From Hydrolagus colliei (lineage: Eukaryota): a stretch of 64,000 nucleotides of DNA. A program made the position numbers and the translations under genes. Below the pieces are notes generated by a model. The model ran no database searches, had not been told where the DNA came from, and worked only from the letters and a program-made list of their open reading frames with translations. The first letter of the stretch is position 1. The number at the start of each line of letters is the position of its first letter. This document shows positions 51,725 through 64,000 of this stretch, one piece after another. The DNA lies in the NCBI GenBank assembly GCA_035084275.1, contig CM068743.1:136152001-136216000 (forward strand). The letters are read 5' to 3'.

Positions 51725-52542
51725 AATGATGAAAGCCTACTTCAATACAAATCCACAAGGTGCCACATAATAGGTTGTTATATAAGATTAGGGCTCATGG
51801 AATTAAGGGTAATATATTAGCATGGATTGGAGAGTGGTTAACAGGCAGAAAACGGAGAGTAGGGATAAACTGACCCTTCTCAGATTGGCAGGATGTGACT
51901 AGTGGAATATTGTGTGTAGTTTGGGTCTCCTTATCTAAAAGGATATACTCGCCTTAGAGGGGGTGCAAAGAGATAAACTTTAAACCAGCTTTAAAGAAAG
52001 TGGAGGAACAATGGGATGCAATCTATTCATCACAACTTTTCAGCAAACGTCAGTGTGAAGAGTTGTTGAGCTTTAAACAAATGTGACTCAAATCAAAGTG
52101 ATAGGAGCCAAGGGAGATTCCTGCAGATTGACTTACTGAGAGGTTGTGTAAATTAGGCCTATACTGTCTAGGATATAGAAGAATTAGAGGTGATCTTATA
52201 GAAACCTGTAAAATTCTTAAGAGCCTTGACAGATGCTGTGAGACTGTTTCTCCTGGTTGGAGAATCTAAAACTAGTGGCCATGGTCTCAGGATTAAAGCC
52301 TTTTAGAACTGAGTTGAGGAAACATTTCTTCTCTCAGAGGGTAGTGAATTTATAGAATTCTCTACCCCAGAAGGATGTGGATTCTCAGTCATTGAGCATG
52401 TTAAAAGATAAAGGGATTAAGGGGTATGGGGATAGAGTAGGTAAATGGAATTAACATTGAAGATCAGTCATGATCTTATTAAATGGCAGGGCAGGCTTGA
52501 GGGGCCGAATGGCCTACTGCTGCTCATACTTCTTATGTTCTT
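51725..52542 (+). mobile_element. HER1-like CR1 fragment with internal deletions
   Basis: acaaggtgccacat (DKVPH), gcatggattgg...ggttaacaggcagaaaacggagagt, gaattagaggtgatcttatagaaac; tail cttcttatgttctta. Confidence 0.85.
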
Positions 52543-53207
52543 AACTCCCAACAGCATTATTCATCATAAATAATCTCACTGCTTCTCATCTGCAGCTATC
52601 AATTTTGCAAACCATTTGAAGCATAGCAGCACCACAGAAAAATACAAACGCATACATAATTCAAAATATATATCATTTACCAATAGAGACCACTGGATTA
52701 TTTCAGATGCCCATCGACCCATCAGATCCCATTCTACCAGAATGCCCACTTTAGCAACCAGATCCATGCTGTAGAAATGTGATTAACCTATACTACCTAA
52801 TACAATCTCTAAGTGTTCTGACTTTATTTGATCCCAGCTTCAGTGAGTTACGTACATGTAAAACTTAGAAGGGTCAGCGACCTTTCAAAATCCAACAACT
52901 AACTCCAGATAAACACCCACCTAATCCCATCATAATTCTGGTTTCATCCCAGGATTTCACTTCCTATTTACTTGCATTATCCCTTTGAAGATTGTAGTCG
53001 CATTTGAGGACCAAAATGAAATCTGTAACAAGATTACAATGTTGTCATATATTTATAGTCGGTGAAAGAAGGTGCTTCTGTAGTTGTGTCTATCTGTATT
53101 TTATCATGGCTTGTATTAAAGACTGACAGGAAATCAATGTTACATTTGATTGTATGATACAATTGTCTGTCCTCTGAAAGCTGTTAAAATCGTTCAGTGT
53201 GCAAAGG

Positions 53208-53806
53208 GTTATCATTCCTGATCCAGACACCGCACTTAAATATATTTAATCCTAATCCAGATAAAACATGCTTGCCCGCTATTCAGGCTCCCTCTGCTCT
53301 GCATATTAAATATTGTCAAAACATTACCTAATTCCACCACTTCAAAACGCAGTTATATGTTACCAGCTCAATCTTTTACACCTGAACACTTTCACGGTCA
53401 ATAAGACAATTTTTAACAGAAATCCGTGATTAGAAATTGTACTATTTTACTGCAGTGAATACAAAATGATCTGGAAAATAAATCATTTCATAAGTATAGT
53501 TTGAATGAAAAAAAACCTTTGCCCATTTGATATCAACCTTCCAGAATAAACATTCTATTGTCCGACCAACACAACGTCAAGCTGCTTTTTAAATGGCTCT
53601 AGTGTCCTGGTCTTAGCCACCTCCTTGGTAACTTGATCCAGGTATTAATTACTCTCCGGGTAATGAAAAACTTCCTGGTATCAGTTTTGAAATTGCTCTT
53701 TGCAACTCTAAACCCACGTTATCATTCCTGATATAGACACCGCCGCACTTAAATGTATTTAATCCTAATCCAGATAAAACATGCTTGCCCACTATTCAGG
53801 CTCCCT
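53208..53806 (+). repeat. About 86-bp direct duplication (53208-53293 and 53718-53806)
   Basis: gttatcattcctgat..agacaccgc..acttaaat.tatttaatcctaatccagataaaacatgcttgccc.ctattcaggctccct occurs twice, about 510 bp apart. Confidence 0.93.
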
Positions 53807-54221
53807 AACCCTAACGCAGTTAGAAAGAAACATGGAATGAAATGTTACTTGAAATCTATGCAAATAAAAATTTGTTGCGCATACATATGAGATAACACAA
53901 TGACCTGAGATGCCTGGGCTCAGAACAGAAGTTGAAATAGACAATGCAAAGTTATGTAAATTTAGCTCCACCACTTTAATACAAATTTATTGTAAAATAA
54001 TTGGTAAACTTTACAATTGAAGTTCAGATCCAGTATAGCGTTGTATCCCCAGCATGGGTCCAAACCCTTAACTGGCCATAACCCTGGGATGGCATTATAT
54101 ATTTTTTAAATGTCATAGAAATATAATTTGTGCTGTTGTTTTTTGGAATTGAAGGGTCATTTGAAATGAATCTTTGCATTTTAATGCTTTTAATGTAAGC
54201 AGGACATTTTAAAGCAGTTCA

Positions 54222-54518
54222 AATAATAATTATATATGGCGCTTTTCATACTTCTAGACATCTCAAAGCACTTCATGGAATATACTGTGAAATATCCTGT
54301 GAATATAAAATGAATTGAAGGTATATTTTGTGGGCGAAATGCGGCAGCCAATTGGGCGCCGTAAAGTCCCACAAACAGTCGTGGATTGAAAACGACCAAT
54401 TTTTTTAGGGTTATTATTAGGCGTATGGAGTAAGGAAACTTACCCAAGGTTTTACTCTGCCTGGAATTGAACCCAGGTCTCTCACTTGTAAGGCGAGTGC
54501 TCTAACCACTGAGCTACA
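54222..54518 (-). mobile_element. tRNA/Deu SINE, short variant
   Basis: Reverse complement of the family consensus from tail to ctctaaccactgagctaca. Confidence 0.9.
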
Positions 54519-55155
54519 ATGATGAACTGTAAAGTGGGGTGATGGCATGTGGTAGGCAAACACAACAGTCAATTCACTCCTTCACTCCACTCATTCAAGG
54601 CATGACTCAAAACATACCTCTTTGAACACACTTTCAGGTATCCTTACCCTCCGCAAACCCCTCACCTCGTACACCCGGCACAAATGCCATCATACAATCT
54701 GATACATTTTTAAATGTCCTCCCATTGTATAAATGTAAATTGTCAGTATTATATTGTACAAAGTGACAAAATGAAGTGCTTGGAAGTATTGGTTCCATTT
54801 GTGGAAGTGAATCGATGCAGAAGTGAATCTATGCAGAAGTGAATCTATGACACAATTTCTTGTGTTCCATTTTAGGTAAGAATTCAAAGGATTTAAAGTA
54901 ACATTCAAATATTGAATGTTTCATACTTCAAAGCCGGCTGAGAAGATTTCCAATCTGGTAACCTTCAGTTCTGCACAATGTGATAGATAATTCATTGCTT
55001 TCTTAATATTAAACGATTGTCATGCTTGTAATAGTTCATGGTAAAAATATATTTTACCATTTTTGTGTGTGTTTATCAGCTTTTGTATAAACAGAATGCG
55101 CGCAGAATAATTATCTGACTTATTTGCCCCCAAAATATACAGTCAATTCATTTGT

Positions 55156-55690
55156 GGAGTCATGTAGCTCAGTGATTAGACCATTCACCTTTGCAAGTGA
55201 AAAGATTTGGGTTCAGTTCCAGAGAGGGCGAAACCTTGGCCAAGTTTCCTTAATCCACATAACTGATAATAATTCCTCGGTACAAACAATAATTTCAATC
55301 CACGATTGCTGTGGGACACTGCTGTCCACAATTGGCCACTGCATTTCACCCACAAATGTATAGTCAGTTCCCTTTAGTGCCTATTCTGTGAAGCGCTTTA
55401 AGACGTCTGGAAGACGTTAAATGTGCTATATCAAATGCAAGATTATTATTATTATTATTTACAGTATATTCTGTGAAACACTTTGCCGATTCGATAACAA
55501 CTTTTGGATGGACGGGTTTGCGGGGTTATGCGGAGAGAACCGGGAAGTGACTTTGAATAGCTCTTTTCAAAGAGCCGGCACAGTCTCAATGAGCCGAATG
55601 GCCTCCTTTTGTGCTGAAAAATTCTGTGATTCTATTTCTTGAAGACTTGATAAAGCGCTGTGTCAAATACAAGGATTATTATTATAATAA
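55156..55690 (+). mobile_element. tRNA/Deu SINE followed by a second SINE 3' segment interrupted by a CR1 3' fragment (about 55485-55635)
   Basis: Full SINE to about 55459, then tttacagtatattctgtgaaacacttt | gccgattcgataac...attctgtgattctat | ...taaagcgctgtgtcaaatacaaggattatt. Confidence 0.85.
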
Positions 55691-57657
55691 TTTATTATAT
55701 TATTAAAACATCTATTCTTATTATATGATCGATCTATTAATAAGCTATTCCTTATAATAATATGCTGCTTGTCCAGCTACGATCTGCATAACAATATGGG
55801 TTTTGGAGGCTTGCAGGGCTGACAGGACCAAAATTATTGCCTGAGTGACTGATGTGCTCCTCAACCACCCACTGATAAGCCAGATTTGTGTCCTGCGATT
55901 TGACTGGATTCCTCCATAGAGTCTACTTTGCTGTGTCGTTAAAAGTTGGAGTTATTAGAAAATCATGTGAATAGCATCTAATGTCCTCTCTACATTTTTT
56001 TCTGATACTCGGAATCCCGTGATTATCCACCTATCCTGTTAATAATGATCCTCGCATTTGGTACAGCACCTTTCAGCACTTTGGGACGTCCTCCCGATGT
56101 GAAAGGCGCTATATAAGTGCAATTGTGTTGTTGTATTTTGTTGTGATCGCATCATCAAAACATCTCAGTGCATTCCATAGGATTCAATGAAGAATATAGT
56201 GACTGTGTATTGTGTGGGATATTTCCATGAACAGAGGCTCATCTATGTAAATCACTAATGTAGAGAGAAAAATTCATGGCAGATGTGAAGGATCAACCAC
56301 AAAGGTTTCAAAGCTAGAAAAATAGTTATTCCCTCAGTAATAACATTAATACAAAATATCATTAACCAGCATAGCTGCTGATTGAATGATGCAAATTAAT
56401 TCAAATCATGCCAGAAGAAAACTAATTCAAGTCCATTTGTAATAGCTTCAATATATAAATATTTATCTGTAGACAACACACCAGCTCCAGATGACCACCT
56501 TTTTCTGCCAGATGAATAATTTATTCAGTCTTATTCTCCTTAGTCAAAGAATTTTAAAAAATGATCTTCAGAGAATGTTTAAAGTAATTAACGTAGAGAT
56601 ATTTTGTTCAAACACTTTATCTAAAGCACCCGATAACACTTATCAAAAAAAAACATATAGCCAATTGGAATAAACAGCAAACAATTGACAAGAGTATGTT
56701 TATTCTGCAAGGAGATCACACCACAAGCATACGTGTACAACAAATCCCAAATTAATTAGAGGCCTGCAAGCAGCTCAACAAATACAATTGGATTGCCAGA
56801 CACACCACCAGATGAAATGCCCTTCTCTTTTTGCCATAGGATTTTTAACATATGCAAGAACCTGAACAGGCAGATGAGACCTCTGTTAAATTCTCATCCA
56901 AAGCACAAAACAACAAAATTACATTTTTATAGCTCCTTTCACGTTGGGAGAAAGTCCCAATGATATGGACAGTCAATGTTTCAGATCCAAGCTGGGATCA
57001 GGATCGGGGAGGGTCGAGGGAGAGGAGGAGATTTGCGATGTCCGATGGGACCATTGAAGTGGACTTGAAGGAGGCTAGGGAGGGGGAACTTCAGCAACGC
57101 AGCAAACCTCCACCACTGCATTGAAGATTGTTCTTCCTATATACCTCCACCTTCACCATCCTTCCCCATCTTCAGATCATGCCTGAAGACCTTCCTCTTC
57201 AACCATGCCTCTAATCAACCCCCACCAGACTCAGCTCAGTGTCATGCTACGCTACTTTCAAATCCTCTGGCCCGCTACCCTGCATGAGGGGTGCTATATA
57301 AACGCTTTTGTTGTTGTTGTTGTTTGAGTGTCAGTCTGAATTATGTGAGTTCATATCCCAATGTCAGGGGAAATCTTGATTTCAACAGTGACGGGTGCAG
57401 GGAAGAGGGAAAGTGTTTAGTATGGCATGTTTAGCACCAGACAGCAATATATTCTGAGAAACAATGACCAAACCAGCACAACTAACATAGAGAAAGACAA
57501 GAATGGTTGTGATGGAATGAGAACAGAAGCTAGAGGCAACAGAGGATGCCAAACTTTTTCTTGCATCTGCCTAGCAATGTAAGAGGACACTAGAAGTTGA
57601 AAAAGTTATACTGTACATTGTTGATAATTATCCCCCTTCTGAACCAGCACATGTTGA

Positions 57658-57699
57658 AATATGAGACTAATTTCTTACTTTAGAAATTAGTCTCATATT
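57658..57699. repeat. Perfect 18-bp inverted repeat with 6-nt loop
   Basis: aatatgagactaatttct-tacttt-agaaattagtctcatatt. Confidence 0.95.
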
Positions 57700-60366
57700 G
57701 ACCTAAATGTGTGTTTTTCTGAAGCTCCTTGAAGTGAAAACTCCAATGATCATACTGCACACCCCTTTGGAGAGGTCAGCCTTAATTGGGATTTCCCATT
57801 TTGTCATGCATCACCAAAGACATCATGTTTAACACCGAACAGCAATTTTACCCTTGTATATTTTAATTGCACAGTGCTAATGGGAGTCTGCATAATGCTT
57901 GTGGTATGGCTAAACAGTGCTATAAATCTATTCTTTTTCATTGCAATCCCATACATGTGACACGCAGGTCATCGTTTTGCTTCAGTGTAATTTTCCACAT
58001 GTGTTATGCTGTATTTTAAATGGTCTGTTCTGTTGATAGCCATTGCAGTGAAGTATTGTTGCATTCAGCCACTAACATGTGTTTTAAATTGGCTGCAAAT
58101 ACCATTATAATCAATTCAAATTAGCGATGCATAGCTAGAAAAAAAAGCTGCTTTGAGACATACAATGGCTGAATTTCCAAAATGGCAAACAAAAGCTTAA
58201 ATGCATTTAACGCCCAGTGTAGTAGGCTTGAGCAATAATTTATTTAGCATTTGACAGTCTCAATTCTAATATGAGGACTACCTCACAATCCTGGCCAGAC
58301 ATGACCTACCACATCAATCCTCACATACAGGCAGAGAATACACATTGGAAAAGTCTCAAGTGGCAGAAGCAGCCAGCAAAAAATTTAAATAAAGCTGGAA
58401 CAGACTTAACAGGGGATAGAGCCAGAATCATTTGGAAGGTAGCCATCTGCAGGTATCTCAGGCAGTTGTAGATTTAAGGCTTCCTCACACTGGAGCAGTC
58501 AGGTGGACTTTAAAAATCACTTAACACTATTCCAAAAGAGAAGGGAGATTTCCTTGGTGAACAATCTTGATGACAGTTTGGGAGACCTTAATGGTGCAAG
58601 TGGCTGCTGTGTTTAGCTCCTACAATCCACTTTAATTTGGGATGGTTTGACATGATCAGGCAGACTAAAAACGTAAGAGCTTTTGTTTATTCTTTTTCTT
58701 TCTGCAACAGAGCCACCATTGTTATTTATTGCCACCTTACAAGTCCACTAAGGAAACTGGCAACGTGGAAAGTGTAACAGTTGGGAGACTATTCCACCAG
58801 AATCAACACAACAAGGACTAAAAGGAGACACAGCAAAAATTACTACAACTCCTGCATTGATCTAGCGCCCTTCAGGCAGAGTAATTAACAGTGGCAAACA
58901 TTAACGCTGAACCAGGGAGAGAGGGCAGATGATTGTAGTCTTAGTTAGAGGTGTGATCTGAAGCTGAGTAAGGAGGGGACACAAGGCAGTGGAATCGAGA
59001 CAGAGAGCTCTAGAATCTCTGGACGTAGTGGCTAAACTCATGGCCTCTGATGGTCGAGTGGATGGGACAAGGGAAATGCAGGAGGCCGGAGTCATCTGAG
59101 CGAAAGTGGGGGGGTGAGGTGTAAACAGAATTAATCGATTAAGTGGAAAAAAAAAGATTAAGGCATCAGTTGCTGAACTACGGCAGTCTTCATAGCAGAT
59201 GATAGTGTTCCAACAATCCAATGGTTCACATATTCTCACACTTTAGATTCAATAAGATCAAAGTTGTTGAAGTTTTGCACAAAGCCAACCTATAAATTTC
59301 CCACAACAGCATTCCTCCAGGAAGCCTGCCAGTTTCTTTCTCCAGACATGCACCCATTAGGATACAGTTGAATGTTAAACCTGGAGCAAATGGAAGCCAC
59401 AGAAAACGCAGATTTTCATGTTCTCAGTTTGAGTTGGGTTCAGATTGAAACCAATTCCAGTTCTTGGAAGCAAAATGGCATTTCTCCCTCTCATACTTGG
59501 CTTAAAGTTTACTTGGGGTCAGCCAGATGTCTCCTATACATGGTCTGGTTGAGTTCCAGACATGCATGGCACCCAGGAATGTAACTTTGTTTTTAAAAGA
59601 TGCCAGAATGGAGAGGTTCCCTGGTCCAGTAGAACAATAGCCTTTTCTAATAACATCCGAAAAATCTATTACTGTTTTATTGTGAAACATGCTGCACTGT
59701 ATTGCATAATCAACAACAGCTTCGCTTCAAATTTATGTAGCACCCTCCATGTAGTACTACATCTCAGAGTATTACACAGGGACGGAGTTGGGCATCGAGC
59801 TAAGTGGGGGAGGTGGAAAGGTGACCATAGACATAGAGAAGTGAGGGTTTTAAGGTGGGATTTGAAGATACTGGAGATAGAAATGAGGCAAGGTGGAAGG
59901 ATAGAGGGCAGAGAATTCCAGAGATTGGGGGCATAATGCTTAAAAGGCTTGACCACAGAAGATGGTGTGGAGAGGGTGGCCATTCATATTTAACTGAAGA
60001 AGAAATCAGCATTTTAGTGGTCGAGATCTCGCTCTGATTTGTCTCAGGATCAATTACAGTTGACTTTATTTTATGATCGAAGACCGTTTATTTTGTGGTA
60101 AAGCTCTGTTTGTGAACTCGCAGAAGGTCAGTGGAAAGCGTGTGGAGCTATCTAAAGTGAGAATAACAATACCAATAACATGCCTTCAAGGCAGATCTGA
60201 ACCTTCTGTTCAGGTATTTGTGTCATGTTAGAATTCGGCCTCGTTGAAATGACCCTATGTCAATGTGTAACAGCTCTGCCAAAGTAACTGTAGGAGAAAT
60301 TATGATAATAGAGTATATTGGAGCACTGGTGAGCAGTCCAGGATCAGTATTGGCATAACATTGTTG

Positions 60367-60670
60367 CTATTTCTCTAACTGGTTCTTTGCACTTTTGTGG
60401 AAACGAATGAGTCTGTCAGACTTCCAGAACAGTGCATCAGTCACCTCTCTAATACAGATGGACGTGGTACCTTGTCTTATGCCAAAGAAACCACCTCCTA
60501 CTGATTGGAGAGCCCCAGTAGCCAGTATATTAATGCCTGCTGTCACTTTCACAGCCGCAGGCAGAACAGTTGGGGTCACCATCAATGCCTCTAAATCAGT
60601 TTCCAGCATTTTGCATACCTCCGCTAATGCCTCCGTAGGGAGCTTGAACCTCCATGTGCACTGTTCCTCT
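60367..60670 (-). pseudogene. PIF/Harbinger nuclease (HARBI1-like) N-terminal fragment
   Basis: EEQCTWRFKLPTEALAEVCKMLETDL...LPAAVKVTAGINILATGALQSVGGGFFGIRQGTTSICIREVTDAL matches the Harbinger motif LP...KV...L.F.A.GSFQ...GD..GISQ...S.CI..VT.AL. No intact DDE core seen. Confidence 0.85.
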
Positions 60671-61944
60671 CATAGCCTGGCCATTACATGTAGAACCTAC
60701 GAGACCTTTTTTCAAGATAAGATCTTCTCCTGGTTTACCTTCTCCCTTTAATTTTCCATTCCCCATTTCTTCCCCATTCCATCTTATTGTATTCCCCCCA
60801 CCAACACACCCCCCACCCATTCTTTTAATCCCTCATGTCATTTTCCATCCCCCCCATCCCTGCTTTGCTTTGATGAGATTTTGCAATAGTTGCTCTGTTC
60901 CAACAGGACTGTTGAGTTTTATCATTGAAGGCACCTTCCAGTGATGGAATTTAATATGGTAATTTCCAATATTTTGCCAATCAATTACATCTCCTCCTCC
61001 CCACCCCTGTGGTCCCCTCCCCTATCAAATTAAGCTCATTTGGTATTTTACTGAGCACCCATATAAAAAGCTTCATTACTTTGTTTAAACTTCAGGCGAA
61101 TTTGAGTATTGCTGTTAATACCTCTAAAAGTACCATAAAACCTCAACATAAGAAGGTAAATCAGCTTAACAGTCTGACAGTTGTTCCATATAATCCTAAA
61201 ATGTGTGCAAAATTCTACAAATAAGGTAAAATTATTGAATAAATTATGTTTTACAATAGAATGCTGAAGCAGTAATTTTCCTGCTTGAAACATAATATTG
61301 ATATAGACATCATCATGACGTAAATAGCTATGAGGTAAATCATTAAAACAAGGTGCCACATGATTTGAAGGCTAATATCCTCCTTTTGCTGTATCTTATG
61401 TCAATTCACTTCTACAAGTAAAGGACATGGATGTCAAATGTGATATATCAATTCATAATAATAATGTATAATTACCACATTGAATCTGCTGTGAATTGTC
61501 ACATATTCCCATCTGTTCCGGAAGACTGGCTGCCATCTCCAAACTCAACCATTGTATCCTGGCTGAGGAGGGAGAGAATATTCTCCCCTCCCAGAATTGG
61601 TCTATTACTTTGTACCTGAAAATGTTATGGATTCAATTGTTGGTTCCATTACGTGGTTAATGTGCAGCTGAAAGTAGGAAATTCTTTAGTTGTTTGTTAT
61701 TATGTGTCCCAGCACTCGTATGCTGGGTTCAGGGATGAAATGGGAATTAATGCATCCGAAATGGTGAATGAATTGTTTTGAAATGAAGCCTTCGGATCAA
61801 ACAATTGTGCCAAAGTTGGTGAGTGTTCACATCCTCAGACAGTCTTCAGGGATGTTTTGGAAAATTACAAAGTTTCATAACAGCCAATTAAACGGGATAA
61901 TTAACACATTGAATCTTTTATGAGATATCTCATTTTTCAGCCCC

Positions 61945-62385
61945 ATACGTGCTGCGTGTCAGTTGGTAGCACTCTCACCTATGAGTCAGAAGGTTGTGTG
62001 TTCAAGCCTCAGATCAGCACTTGGAGCCCATATAGTCTATGCTGGCACTCCAATGCGGTGCTGGAGATGTTCTGCATTGGCAGAGAGAGGAGCCATCCTT
62101 CAGGTGAGATGTTGAACTGAGGTCTCACTTGCCTGTCCATGTAGACATTAAACATCCCATGGCATTATCAGATTAGAAAAATGAGTTTATCCTGGTATTC
62201 TGGCCAACAATCCACCAAATAATAAAATTGATCCTTCACTCCATGTTTGTGTGTATATTGCTGTGTGTACAGTATATTGCTGCTGCATTCATTCTCAGCA
62301 TACAAATAGACAGTTTATCCTGTAAAGCACTTTGAGATGTCTTGGTGATGTGATAAGGTGCTGCATCAAGAATTATTATTATTTT
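61945..62385 (+). mobile_element. SacSINE1/AmnSINE1-like Deu SINE, near full length
   Basis: tcagttggtagcactctcacctatgagtcagaaggttgtgtgttcaag head; gacattaaacatcccatggca; ctggccaac; ctgtaaagcactttgagatgtc; (ATT)n tail. Confidence 0.82.
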
Positions 62386-63689
62386 GGTTATGTTATTGGG
62401 GTTTAAATCACTCTGTAGAGGTATTTTCTAAGTGGTTTTCAGTGATGGGGCAGCCAGACCAATAACACTGTCACATTACACTGGAATAGATGTTAATTTG
62501 TTTAGTATGTTTGAACTTCCCCAAATAAAACTACTTTCTGTAGGACGTGGACATTTTGTGCAGCACCTATCTTGACAAACCATTTCTGAATTGCCTTGTT
62601 TATGGTTCCAGTTGTATCAATGATTGTAGGAACTATGCTTAGCTTGCACTGCCACATGCGCACACATTCAATTTGTAGGTCAACGTACTTCCTGATCTTC
62701 TCTAGTTCTTTATTTCATATATTGTAGTCATTTGGAATGGCCAACTTAAGCAATATTAACTGCTTAATATCATGGAGTCTGGATTGACCTTTAGAGTGAA
62801 TTGGGACACTTAAAAAAAAGAATTGGACAAGCACATGGAAATGATGGGTGTTGGAGGGTATGGGGAAAGAGCAGGGAATTGGATTAAAGTAGATTATTTC
62901 AGAGAAGAGCAAACACAAGCATGAAATAATGAGCCAAATGAGCTCCTATTGTAAGTCACCAATTTATTTATATTGTTCTACAATTCTAAAGATTGAAATG
63001 ACAGTGCTTCCTATTAAACTAAATTCTGACGATTCAGACAAAGGCCACACACAGAATTATTTTTCTGCTGAGTCAACTGACCTTATTTTTTTATTGTAGA
63101 TTTCTTCTGCCTTGAATATACCATGCTCAAACTTTAGCTTTCTTTTCTATTCCATTCCCCATATTTTACTTTTGACTGATGGAGCCCTCCTATCTCAAAG
63201 ACTCAGACACGTGGATTTCTCAGTTTAGTTTGGATACTCTTAAGCATGGTGATGGGCTTCTCCAGGCTGACCAAAAGCAAAGCATTGTAAACTGTGGATG
63301 AAGCAAAAAACAGCAACAATTTATTAAAAAAACTTGATGCATACACGAGGAAGAAGAGAATAGAGGAGCATAGCAGAGGGGAATTGGAGGGGTAGTCACA
63401 CATAGAGTTATCAGCATTGGCACAAACTAGTTGGACTGAAGATTCTCTTTCCATGCTGTATCACACTACATATAAAATGTATACTTTTTTTGCCTAAAGC
63501 AGTTTCTTCCATTCCATTCCTGTTTGTGGCCTAGTTCCTTGTTACAATATCACCAATTGTAACTTCCTTCTTGTTTTTCTAATGCTCTACGAAGAAAAAG
63601 CTTGTATTTTTGTAGCACTTTAGCACATCAAAATGTCTCAGAGTTCTCCCAGGAAATTACAACCAAGTTCACTAAATGTTTTTTTACAG

Positions 63690-64000
63690 GCAACCATGGC
63701 TTTATTTGGTGCATCCATGGATAGCATGAGGATCCATGGATGGCATCAGGATGCACACTCCACCTAACCAAGTCAGTCAGGAACCTCACTAAGTCAGTCA
63801 GGAACCTGGGCATCTAGTTTGACTCTCAATTGGTCTTTCTCCCCCATATCTGTGCCACGACCAGCTCTGCTTTCCACCACCTCTGCAACATTGCCCAACA
63901 TCTGCCGCAGCCTCAGGCCTCAGGCCACTGAAGCCCTCATACATGCATTTGTCACCTCAAACAAACAAACAAAACTTACATTTATATAGCGCCTTTCACG
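63690..64000. mobile_element. L2 ORF2 fragment (+) joined to an L2 3' end (-) at the window edge
   Basis: Reverse complement of the L2 at 45880-46120 (aagtcagtcaggaacct, ttccaccacctctgcaacattg, catgcatttgtcacctc), then aaacttacatttatatagcgcctttcacg. Confidence 0.78.

Noticed and set aside
60950-61250. Possible additional DNA-transposon terminus
   Set aside because: Only a vague resemblance; no TIR pair or TSD identified.

Overview
This is eukaryotic, AT-rich DNA dense in transposable elements (TEs). I could not support any host protein-coding exon, RNA gene or CRISPR array, so it is most likely intergenic or deep intronic. The repeat mix points to a cartilaginous fish (shark or chimaera); that is an inference, not a database result. 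It includes two CR1-clade LINE families with (ATTCTATG)n and (TTCTTATG)n tails, many L2 fragments, tRNA-headed SINEs with a Deu-domain/L2-type 3' half, and a palindromic Penelope-type element. DNA-transposon relics are a TA-flanked pogo/Tigger-type MITE, an intact non-autonomous hAT with an 8-bp TSD, an internally deleted piggyBac transposase ORF and a Harbinger nuclease fragment. There is also a probable LTR followed by a tRNA-Lys primer-binding site. The least explained pattern is that one short hairpin-forming segment of the SINE 3' region (CTTTACAG-TATATT-CTGTGAAG) is repeatedly hit by unrelated insertions, duplications and fold-backs. Other points of interest are degenerate hammerhead cores, fold-back junctions at CR1 5' ends, a possible eroded minus-strand coding fossil at 19.8-24.3 kb, and TE-free blocks that may be conserved enhancers. 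I see no demonstrable new biological system. Boundaries of old repeats are approximate.
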